NCBI GenBank assembly: GCA_965223325.1 | Contig: CBDCWI010000001.1 | Location: 2,080,091-2,144,090, forward strand | Origin: Candidatus Multivoradales bacterium | Lineage (GTDB): Bacteria > Acidobacteriota > Thermoanaerobaculia > Multivoradales > Multivoraceae | Direction: 5' to 3' | DNA length: 64,000 nucleotides | Shown here: piece by piece, positions 40,279-48,494 of the stretch | Layout of the letters: each line of letters begins with the position of its first letter | Position numbering within the stretch: position 1 is the first letter of the stretch | The notes under the pieces: model-generated | Seen by the model: only the letters and a program-made list of their open reading frames with translations | Database searches by the model: none | What the model was told of the DNA's origin: nothing | Made by a program: the position numbers and the translations under genes

Positions 40279-40962
40279 ATGAAGACTTGCCCCTACTGTG
40301 CCGAGTCGATCCAAGAAGCCGCAATCAATTGCCGGTACTGCGGCGAGTGGCTGGTGGAGCCTGGCCGGGACGAGGAAAGGCCGGCGCCAAAGCCGAAGCT
40401 CCCAGCGGAGCCGGGGCTAGAAGCCCATGCCGACGGCCAGCCGCAGCAGCCCGAACCGGCGCAGCAGAGGCCCGCAGCGAACCCGGGGGCATGCCCGTAC
40501 TGTCGCGCAGAGCTTTCGGACCCAGCCGTCATCGCGTGCACAGCGTGCGGGCGGAAATGGGACAAGACCCAGAAGGAGTGGGCCCGGTCTTTCAGCCTCT
40601 GGCTAACCATCGCACTCATCGGAACCACACTCTCACTGGTCACAGCATGCGGCAACACCTTCTACGACCCGGCGCTCAACTACCGCGCTCGGTACAGGCC
40701 GGAGTGGTCCGCGTTCTTCACCATGATGCTGGTCAACCCAGTGGCATGGCTCAGCTACTTCTCCATTGGAATGCTGGTCATGGCGCACCTGGGGCGCCAA
40801 CGGACTTCTTCCCAGAGAACGGCCGGGCTAGCGGCATCCAATAACTCACCTCGGACCCCGAATGGCGTATCGGCGCTGCCTTTCCCTCCACCCGAAACGC
40901 CCGACCAGGAGAGTCCCCGCCTCCAACGAAGATCTTCGTGCTGGCCTTTGTGCTCGCCGTGA
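40279..40962 (+). CDS. Zinc-ribbon membrane protein
   Basis: CPYCAE...CRYCG and CPYC...C..CG ribbons, followed by TM helices. Confidence 0.7.
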   Translation: MKTCPYCAESIQEAAINCRYCGEWLVEPGRDEERPAPKPKLPAEPGLEAHADGQPQQPEPAQQRPAANPGACPYCRAELSDPAVIACTACGRKWDKTQKEWARSFSLWLTIALIGTTLSLVTACGNTFYDPALNYRARYRPEWSAFFTMMLVNPVAWLSYFSIGMLVMAHLGRQRTSSQRTAGLAASNNSPRTPNGVSALPFPPPETPDQESPRLQRRSSCWPLCSP

Positions 40963-41232
40963 TCTCCGCAGTCCTGATCGTCGCTCTCACCTCGCTATGA
41001 TCGCGCGCGGCGCCGAGCATGGTTGGCAGCATTCTTCCGAGACCGTTACTGGGTTCGGAGCGTGCGCCCAAGCCTCAAGTCAGCAATGGACTACTCCCTC
41101 GACGCAGTACGCGTCAGCGCAGCAGGCATCCGCACTCGACCGTGCTCGCCGCGCAAAGACCTCGGCCGGTGGGTACGTGTTCCAGAGGCGACACCATTCG
41201 GTTCACGAGCCCGTTCAACTGAGCCTCTCGAC

Positions 41233-41979
41233 GTGAGTAGATGCTGGGCCAAGGATCTCGGCAACTGCTCCAGCAAGATCTCAGCCGAACATCTCGTGTC
41301 TGCCGCGCTATTCGAGGGTCCGGCCATCGATGTGGAGGGGTTCCCTTGGTGCAAGGGTGAAAGCAAGCGCATTGGGTTGGGTAGCTTCACCGCCAACATT
41401 CTCTGCACAAAACACAACAGTGAACTGGCAGCCCTAGACCAAGAAGCAGCAGAAACCTTCCGGGCGCTCAGAAAGGCAACTCGGTTGGCAAACACGCGAA
41501 AGCAGTTGCCCAGGCGACGCTGGAACCGCCACCGGCACTATGTCGACGGGCGGCGACTGGAAAAGTGGTTTCTCAAAACGACCGTCAACCTCGTGCACAT
41601 TGGAGAGGCCGCCCCGTGGCCTGGCAAAGCCGCCGGAGACCCGCGACCGCCCAGACCTTGGCTGGAGGTCCTCTTTGGGCGCAGGGTCTTTCCCGACCGA
41701 ACGGGCTTGTACTCGGCCGCCACGGTTGGCGAGACATTCGACTCCACAGACACAGTCCGATTCGCTCCCCTTGGTCAAAGCCAAGTCCTAGCTGGGGGGC
41801 TCTTCGAGTTTCGGGGCCTGAAACTTCTCCTAGCGCTGCGGACCCTGCGTCACGATGCCGACTTGCGGGACTGGAACATTGCGGCAGAGTGGAAGAGTGC
41901 GAGCCTCACTCATCACCTTCGAAAGCTCAACTGGGAAGTTCAAGGCCACGTCTCGAGCACTATCGAATTTCGGTGGTAG
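41233..41979 (+). CDS. Putative HNH-fold nuclease
   Basis: C....C....S.EH.VS ... NILC..HNS.L..LD pattern; GTG at 41233. Confidence 0.55.
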   Translation: MSRCWAKDLGNCSSKISAEHLVSAALFEGPAIDVEGFPWCKGESKRIGLGSFTANILCTKHNSELAALDQEAAETFRALRKATRLANTRKQLPRRRWNRHRHYVDGRRLEKWFLKTTVNLVHIGEAAPWPGKAAGDPRPPRPWLEVLFGRRVFPDRTGLYSAATVGETFDSTDTVRFAPLGQSQVLAGGLFEFRGLKLLLALRTLRHDADLRDWNIAAEWKSASLTHHLRKLNWEVQGHVSSTIEFRW

Positions 41980-42130
41980 GAGCGTCGTGTCCGACCTGTC
42001 GACCGAATTCTGCGTGCGGTCGGAGGCAAGCCTCGTCGTTGACGCAGGCCTGCGGTACGTCGTCGAGATCGTCCGCCCTCCCAAACGACCGGAACCCAAG
42101 CCAGCGCGCCGAGCTTCTTTGCCGAGAGCC

Positions 42131-42444
42131 CGCGCGGCGATGCCGCGCACGGTAGGGGGTAAGTATTGACGGCAACGCCAGACAAGGCGACGCGCCGAGT
42201 TCCGAAGCACTCCATCGTCCTCTTTCACCGCCTCGATGGTTGTCGCGAGGGCAGTAACCTTGCCTTCGCCACCCCCTGACACCTCGGCACTCCGCCCGAA
42301 AGACGCAGCTCCGCCATCGCACCAGTAGGTGCGTCCCCCTCAACCTCGTCAACCACCTCTTTACCGGCGGGCTGGACCGTCAGGGGCCGTCGCGTGCACC
42401 CGGCCCAGGCACTTCCAAGGCCACAAACGGTGGCGGGCTTGGGA
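42131..42444 (-). mobile_element. Remnant of family A element (terminus, 3' non-coding end, last codons of transposase)
   Basis: Starts cgcgcggcgatgccgcgcacggtagggggtaagtattga and aligns with 45196-45495. Confidence 0.9.
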
Positions 42445-42898
42445 AGTCCCCGGCCTCCCCAGCCTCGTGAGCGTGCGCACGCGTCACGAAGAAGCGGGCG
42501 GGCGCATCCGGGCCGCTAGGCCTCAGCCGCGGCGGTTCCTCTGCGGAGCCTCTACGTCCGATCCCCCCGCAGTCGGGGTCGGGTTACGTGGAGCCCATGC
42601 TCCACATCTTGCCAGCCTCCCATTCAACACACCCCCAGGATTCCGTGGCCGGCACGAGGACGCGCTAGAACTCCCCGGCTCCAGGGTTCCACCTTTCAGA
42701 CCTCCGGTCGGCAAAGGCCGACGAGATGGTCCGCCTTTCCAACCGCCGGAATCTCGAACCCAGGACCCGAAGTGCAATGCCGCCCGGGTTTCCGAGCGAT
42801 CGTCGCCAGAGCCAGCGGTACAATTGTCTGGACGAGAGCAGCGGTGTTTGCTGCATCAGCTCCATTGAATAACACTGTTGTACTGCCAGGAGGGACCC

Positions 42899-43213
42899 GT
42901 GATCGATGCCGAAGCGATCGACTGGCTCCGGCCATGGGAGAAGGTCGGAGATTCGGCGCCCGGCCTAGAACGTCAGTTGATTCGGGAGGTCGCCGAGGGC
43001 CACCCACTCTTCGGCCTCAGCGTCACCGCGTTTGCCCGGCGCAGCGATACGGACGATGTCCTCTTTGGTGTAGGTGTTTCGAAGGAGCGCCTCGCTGCAG
43101 TCCACCTGACATGGGGCGGCCGCCAGGAGCCGCCCCTACCAGGCACCGATCTGTTCGAATCATTCGAGTCTTTCAAGACTCAAGTCATGGAGCCAGATAA
43201 TGTCGGGGCCTAG
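42899..43213 (+). CDS. Integron-cassette hypothetical protein
   Basis: RBS aggagg; 'HPL...ARR.D.DDVLF...AVHLTW'; bounded by GTTGTACTGCCA (42877) and TGGCAGTACAAC (43219). Confidence 0.7.
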   Translation: MIDAEAIDWLRPWEKVGDSAPGLERQLIREVAEGHPLFGLSVTAFARRSDTDDVLFGVGVSKERLAAVHLTWGGRQEPPLPGTDLFESFESFKTQVMEPDNVGA

Positions 43214-43223
43214 GGCGCTGGCA

Positions 43224-43306
43224 GTACAACAACCACGTGCACTGGACAAGAACCCGCGCTCGCTGCGCTCGCCCGGGCTCTTGCCAGTGACGTTCGTCCG
43301 TTAGAC
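43224..43306 (+). other. Integron attC site
   Basis: R'' GTACAAC, arms acgt(G)cactgg/ccagtgacgt with an extrahelical base, central cgctcgctgcgctcg, R' GTTAGAC; 83 bp. Confidence 0.85.
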
Positions 43307-43311
43307 ACCTG

Positions 43312-44034
43312 ATGAACCGCCGCCGAGCAAGACGAGTAGCCGCCTTCGTCGGTGCGCCAATCGTTGGAACCATCGTGCTTGTGTGTATCCAGCTGTTCAC
43401 CTTGGTTTCCAGCGGGGTCGGCGGCCTTCTCGAACCTGAGGTGTGGGCGGGATTCATCTGGATCGCGCCTTATGCTCTGTTCATTGGTGTGGCCGCACAG
43501 ACTCTCATCGGCCTTCCGCTTCTCAGGGCCTTTCGTAGTCGAGGCTGGCTTTCGTCGCCAGCCTTCGCCGCCGGCGGTGCGGCTGTCGGGCTGATCCTGT
43601 TCCTCCTGCTCTATTGGGGCGACCGGCCTTTCCTGCCACGCTTAGCGTTCTGTGTCCTCCCTGCTGTTGCTGCATCGGTGTACTTCGGCCTCGTCGGGGA
43701 CTGGACAGCATGGAGCCGACGTGAACCCGCAGCCGCTTCGCGGCTTCGTGTTCCCGCGGCTCATGCCAGTCCGTTGTGCGGCCCCTACGACACGGCTGAG
43801 GCTCTGGTAGCCTCCGGGGAGGAGGCGACCATGAAGCAACGCGAGATCGAGAAGGTCTTCGAGGTCCTTGGGCTTTCTGGAGACGAGGGTGCCGCCGCGC
43901 AGCTGAAGACGCCGCGTCAACCCCAGCCCAAGCGGCTCGTGTTCATCGCGGCAGAGTCAACGTCACAGGCAACCGAGACCGAGGTACATGCCCAACTGGA
44001 ACGAGATTCTCAACGAGCTGAAGGAGGCGGGTAG
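43312..44034 (+). CDS. Cassette membrane protein (4 TM, to about 43710) whose ORF reads through the next attC into a small ORF
   Basis: ATG 5 bp after R'; hydrophobic to about 43700; no stop codon before the attC. Confidence 0.55.
   Translation: MNRRRARRVAAFVGAPIVGTIVLVCIQLFTLVSSGVGGLLEPEVWAGFIWIAPYALFIGVAAQTLIGLPLLRAFRSRGWLSSPAFAAGGAAVGLILFLLLYWGDRPFLPRLAFCVLPAVAASVYFGLVGDWTAWSRREPAAASRLRVPAAHASPLCGPYDTAEALVASGEEATMKQREIEKVFEVLGLSGDEGAAAQLKTPRQPQPKRLVFIAAESTSQATETEVHAQLERDSQRAEGGG
43700..43779 (+). other. Integron attC site with degenerate R''
   Basis: gcatg(G)agccg/cggctcatgc arms, agccgc-ttc-gcggct centre, R' GTTGTGC at 43773. Confidence 0.7.
43831..44034 (+). CDS. Small protein (67 aa) overlapping the protease gene
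   Basis: Strong RBS ggaggagg before ATG 43831; MKQREIEKVFEVLGLS... Confidence 0.55.
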   Translation: MKQREIEKVFEVLGLSGDEGAAAQLKTPRQPQPKRLVFIAAESTSQATETEVHAQLERDSQRAEGGG

Positions 44035-44893
44035 CGCACACGATGTCGTACGTCGGCGATACCTCAAGGGTCTCCACGAGCTGACGTCGCGCAACGTGAT
44101 CATCTACTACTCGGGGTGGCTTCAGAAGCAGGGGCTCGCTGGCGTTGAGGTCAACGATGCCGACAAGAACGGCTTCATGTCGGTCATCCACCAGCTCGAC
44201 AGGTCAAAGGGCCTCGACCTCATCCTGCACACGCCTGGCGGCGACTCGGCGGCGACAGAGTCGCTAGTTCACTACCTTCACGAAATGTTCGGGAAGGACA
44301 TACGGGCCATCGTGCCGCAGCTCGCGATGTCAGCCGGTACCATGATCGCTTGCGCCTGCAAGGAGATCATCATGGGCAAGCACTCGAGCCTGGGCCCGAT
44401 CGACCCGCAGTTCGGTGGCATCGCAGCTCATGGAATCGTCGAAGAATTCGAGAGGGCCCGGAAGGAGATCAGTGAAGACCCTTCCACCATCCCGATCTGG
44501 CAGCCGATCATCGCAAAGTACAGCCCGACTCTAATTGGTGAGTGCGAGAAGGCGATTTCATGGTCCGAGGAAATGACACGATCGTGGTTGCTAGAGGGCA
44601 TGCTCGAGGGTGACGAAAAGGCCACGGAAAGGGTCGACACCATTCTTCACGAGCTCGGCGATCACGCTGTGACCAAGTCTCATGCTAGGCACCTCTCGAT
44701 CAGCCACTGCAAGAGCATCGGCCTAAACGTGTCGGCACTGGAGGAAGACGACGATCTCCAGGAGGCAGTATTGTCACTTCACCACGCCTGCATACACACC
44801 CTTGGCTCGACAGCTGCGTTCAAGCTCATTGAGAACCACAACGGTGTTGCCTTCATCCAGTCTGCGCAGAACGTCGTGGTTCAGCAGGCCTAG
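43988..44893 (+). CDS. SDH family Clp-fold serine protease (cassette-borne)
   Basis: LDLILHTPGGD, VPQLAMSAGTMIA, SSLGPIDPQ, SHARH motifs. Confidence 0.85.
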   Translation: MPNWNEILNELKEAGSAHDVVRRRYLKGLHELTSRNVIIYYSGWLQKQGLAGVEVNDADKNGFMSVIHQLDRSKGLDLILHTPGGDSAATESLVHYLHEMFGKDIRAIVPQLAMSAGTMIACACKEIIMGKHSSLGPIDPQFGGIAAHGIVEEFERARKEISEDPSTIPIWQPIIAKYSPTLIGECEKAISWSEEMTRSWLLEGMLEGDEKATERVDTILHELGDHAVTKSHARHLSISHCKSIGLNVSALEEDDDLQEAVLSLHHACIHTLGSTAAFKLIENHNGVAFIQSAQNVVVQQA

Positions 44894-44895
44894 GC

Positions 44896-44908
44896 GGGGC
44901 CGCACAAC
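44896..44908 (+). other. Truncated attC (R'' end only)
   Basis: GGGGCCGCACAAC is the exact complement of GTTGTGCGGCCCC (43773-43785); no hairpin arms follow. Confidence 0.7.
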
Positions 44909-45195
44909 ACCTATGAGGTCCCCTGACGTCAAGAGGCAAACGTCTCCTAGCGGACGAGGTCCGTAGCGGTTTTCGGTCAGGTTTCGAATTCTGACTTTGG
45001 TTTCAGAGTGGGTGCGAGGCGAAGCCTCTGCACCAAACACCTATTGGGCCTCTGCCCTCGCTTTCGCGACGACTGCTGGCAGTGCCAGCGGACCAGAAAC
45101 ACATCGGTGCCCTCGTACCGTCCGATTCAAACCGTGCTGGTCACGCCCGGGAGCGCGCCGGAGTTGGTTGCCTGGTTCGGGTGAGGGGCAGAGAT

Positions 45196-46582
45196 CGCGC
45201 GGCGATGCCGCGCACGGTCGGGGGTAAGTTTTGACGGCAACGCTGGACTGGACGAAGCGCCGAGCCTTCGCGCGCTCCATCGCCCTCTTCTCCGACCTCG
45301 AGGGGCGGTGACGAAGGCAGAAACCTCGCCTTCGCCACTCCTGAACGTCGGTACTCCGCCCGACAAACGGAGCTCCGCCAACACACCGATCGGTGCGTCC
45401 CCCTCAACCTCTTCGCCGGTGGCCTGGGCCGTCAGGGACCGTCGCGTGCACCCGGCCCAGGCACTTCCAGGGCCACAAACGGCAGCGGGCTTGGGAAAGT
45501 TCCGGGGGGAAACCGCGCCTCCAGGTCACCACCCCACAGAAGATCGCGCGCCGCACGATGCGCTCGCCTCACCGCATCAAGAACCGAAAGCAGCCGATTG
45601 CGCTCGTACGAGTCCGATGCGATGACCCGAGGCCTCGGCCCCCAATCGAGCTTCCTCGGACGGCGCATCGGACTCACCTGTGTCGTCTTGTAGGCACCGC
45701 GAGGCCTAGTCCCCTCTCGTTTGTGGCGCGCCCGCGTCTTGTCCTCGATCGCAACAATCATCCCGCGGGCCCAGTCGAAGTACTCCTCGTCAGGGAGGTC
45801 CTCGAAGCACGGAAGCTTCGATAAAACGACCGTCTCGCGGCTCGAGAAGTCCTTTTCGCTCAAACGACGACCGGCTTTCGAGAAACGGGCACGACGAAGC
45901 GCTGAACGATCGACCCAGGTGCCCTCGAGCTCGAAGGTCCCTGACCACAACGCCTCCCCTACCGACACGCCTGGCCACTTGCGAGGTGAAGACACCAACC
46001 CCGCCTTGCAACCCTGGGCAAGGATGTAGCGGAAACGACGGCAGAGGTCCTTCTTCGCGTGACCGGGAAACGACGTCTTGTACGGCCCTTCCCATTTCGG
46101 ACCCTTCCACCCGCGCAGGATCCGTAGTTCCACACTCGTCTGGTGCTGAATGCGCCGCATGAAATCGGCCAGCTGCTGGGCATCGCGAGCGCCCAGCAAA
46201 AGGTGAGCATGATTGACCTGGTAGTCCAGGGCGTAGATCCGGATTTCGGTCTTTCGCTGCGCGCGACCGATGATCCCGATCAGCAGTTCGCGTAGATGTG
46301 ACGATGGCGCCAACAGGAAGAACCCGTTGACGATGCGCACCGTCACTTCGACGACTCCCCAACCGCTCGAGTCGGTGGGGACATACCTCAGTTGATGGGC
46401 CATGACTCTTCGCACGGAACCATCGATGCCTTGCAGGGAGCCGAATCTTAGCGGATGACCCTCGCCATCGACCAACTGTCATTTGTGAATCGGGCTACAC
46501 GTCAGGTCGGTGGCGAGTCCCGGCCCTGCGCCACAACTTCGACTCAAAACTTACCCCCGACTGTGCGCGGCATCGCCGCGCG
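45196..46582 (-). mobile_element. Family A HUH/Y1 element, copy A1, 39-bp TIRs
   Basis: TIRs 45196-45234 and 46544-46582 (1 mismatch), each with hairpin GCGCGGC-N3-GCCGCGC. Confidence 0.9.
45432..46403 (-). CDS. HUH/Y1 (IS200-fold, RAYT-like) transposase, family A
   Basis: VNHAHLLL (HUH), FRYILAQGCKAGLV..P..WPG.S (catalytic Tyr helix), FPPGTF tail. Confidence 0.85.
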   Translation of the reverse strand: MAHQLRYVPTDSSGWGVVEVTVRIVNGFFLLAPSSHLRELLIGIIGRAQRKTEIRIYALDYQVNHAHLLLGARDAQQLADFMRRIQHQTSVELRILRGWKGPKWEGPYKTSFPGHAKKDLCRRFRYILAQGCKAGLVSSPRKWPGVSVGEALWSGTFELEGTWVDRSALRRARFSKAGRRLSEKDFSSRETVVLSKLPCFEDLPDEEYFDWARGMIVAIEDKTRARHKREGTRPRGAYKTTQVSPMRRPRKLDWGPRPRVIASDSYERNRLLSVLDAVRRAHRAARDLLWGGDLEARFPPGTFPSPLPFVALEVPGPGARDGP

Positions 46583-47047
46583 CTCCCCTTCACCGAGTGT
46601 GCCCATCTGTTCTGGCCTGGAAACATGGCCCAGACCATCGCCATTGCGGCAACAGATCAGAATGACGCTCATGTCCTAAACACCTGCTTCGCTCCAGCCT
46701 CCAACAACACAATCGACTTTTCAGCCCCGGGCCAGGACATCGCAACCGTAGACAGCGCAAGCGACACAGCGGACGATTTCGACACAACAACCGGCACCTC
46801 TTTTGCGGCTCCGCTCGTTTCGGCGACTGCAGCACTCGCACGAGCGCTCTACCCTTCGATGACCCAAGACCAGTTCTATGATTACCTCAAGGACACTGTG
46901 ATCGACCTTGCGCCCACAGGCAAGGACGGCGCTTTCGGATGGGGTCGCCTACAAGCCGACGATACGCTTGACGCCGTGCCACAACTACTCTTCGAGGACG
47001 GTTTCGAAAGCGGGGATACCACCAGTTGGTCATCAACCGTGCCATAG
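46583..47047 (+). pseudogene. C-terminal fragment of S8 subtilase with DGFESG tail, truncated by A1
   Basis: FWPG...IAIAATDQND, DFSAPG, GTSFAAP; ends LFEDGFESGDTTSWSSTVP*; catalytic Asp and His missing. Confidence 0.85.
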
Positions 47048-48381
47048 CGGGTGCCTTCGGTTCATTACTGCTCCTTCCTGCACTTCTGGTTGGCGTACAG
47101 AACCGGCTGGAGGTCAGGGTCGTCGCGTCTAGCTCCACGCCGCGGCCCGGAGACTCCGCCACTTTGTTCGTGGGTCGACAACAACCGCAAGTTGAAGAAG
47201 GCACCGTCGTTTTTCGAGCACTTAGAAACGGCCCGGCGCCCTTCCCTCAAGGCCTCTACGCGTGGAAGCGTGGGGGACTCACTACGGTACTTGATGAGAA
47301 CACCACCCTTCCAGGTGGCGGAACGGTCAAGCGCGTGGGCTTTGACTTTCTCATCTCGAATGGCACGATCGTCGCAACGGTCGATGATGATGCCGACCTG
47401 CGCCGGCTGGTCACCTGGACCAGCGGCACTATCGAGGTGCTCCTTCGACAAGAGGACGTCTCCCAAGAAACAGGAGAGCCCTTCGGACGTTTCACTACCG
47501 CCGCGGCGAGCCCGCCAATTGTTGCGATCGTCGACGACGCGAGCACAACGCTCTCCCTCCTCGGCCAGGGAAACGTCACTACTGTTGCCGGTCCCACTAC
47601 CCCGGTGCCAGAGAGTTTTTCAGTGGGCTTCGCTGGAATCCTCGAGGCGGCCATGAACGAGGCGCAGCTGGTATTCGCGGCCGCGACTCTAGACGGCCCA
47701 GGCACAGGACCGGACGGCCTCTACCGCTACTCGAGCGGTGCACTGACGCGCATCGTGGACAGGTCCACCGGAGGACCAGTACCCGCCTCCACACTCAGCG
47801 ACTTCTCCAACGTCGTTGTGTACCGGCAAGAGGTCGCTTTCACGGCATCATGGAACACTCCGCTCGGAACCCAGCAGGGCGTCTTCCGGGTCGCAGAATC
47901 CGACGGAGAACCCGTCCTCTGGCTCGCTGCCGAAGATGAAATCGAAGGAGTAGCCGGCAAGGTCACCAGCATTCGAAACGTAGGCTTCTTCGAGGGGAAC
48001 CTGGTCGCCGACGTCCTCACCGACCAAGGCGAAAGGGGGCTCACACTCACCACAGCTCCCGGCGCGTCGTGCCCGCTACTCCTACCGTTCTTCGAAGAGG
48101 GCTTCATTGCTGAAGGCGGACCAGAGGAGCCAAGCTGGACGTCTGACGGAAGCACAATCGCCTTCTGGCTCCGCCGCCTGCTCCCGGATGAAGGAGGACT
48201 AGTTGGCGCCCAAGGTATCTGGACCGCGCAACGCAGCACGCACGAGATACCCGCGTTAAGCCCACTCTCGCTCGGACTTCTCGTCACACTTCTCGCTGCC
48301 AGCGCACTCCGAGCACTGAAAGGTAGCAGACGTGAGTTTCGCCAGCGCAACGGCCGGTACTGCAGACGGCCTGATCGGTGA
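47026..48381 (+). CDS. Secreted beta-rich repeat protein with IPTL-CTERM-like sorting signal
   Basis: C-terminal EIPALSPLSLGLLVTLLAASALRALK plus basic tail; hydrophobic leader. Confidence 0.7.
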   Translation: MVINRAIAGAFGSLLLLPALLVGVQNRLEVRVVASSSTPRPGDSATLFVGRQQPQVEEGTVVFRALRNGPAPFPQGLYAWKRGGLTTVLDENTTLPGGGTVKRVGFDFLISNGTIVATVDDDADLRRLVTWTSGTIEVLLRQEDVSQETGEPFGRFTTAAASPPIVAIVDDASTTLSLLGQGNVTTVAGPTTPVPESFSVGFAGILEAAMNEAQLVFAAATLDGPGTGPDGLYRYSSGALTRIVDRSTGGPVPASTLSDFSNVVVYRQEVAFTASWNTPLGTQQGVFRVAESDGEPVLWLAAEDEIEGVAGKVTSIRNVGFFEGNLVADVLTDQGERGLTLTTAPGASCPLLLPFFEEGFIAEGGPEEPSWTSDGSTIAFWLRRLLPDEGGLVGAQGIWTAQRSTHEIPALSPLSLGLLVTLLAASALRALKGSRREFRQRNGRYCRRPDR

Positions 48382-48494
48382 GAGGTGGTGCTGCGGCGAC
48401 GGCCGAGAACACACAACAAGGTAGCAGAAAGCGATCACGTGTACCGGGTAGTTCGGGCAACGCCCGAGGCTTCGCCTCGGAGACGTTCTCGGAG

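Noticed and set aside
42440-42876. Integron integrase remnant upstream of the first cassette
   Set aside because: No tyrosine-recombinase motifs in the listed ORF translations
44909-45195. Short ORFs between the truncated attC and A1
   Set aside because: No recognisable motif or RBS; likely rearrangement debris
46404-46475. 24-aa N-terminal extension of the family A transposase
   Set aside because: Not open in copy A2; the ATG of MAHQLRY is the shared start
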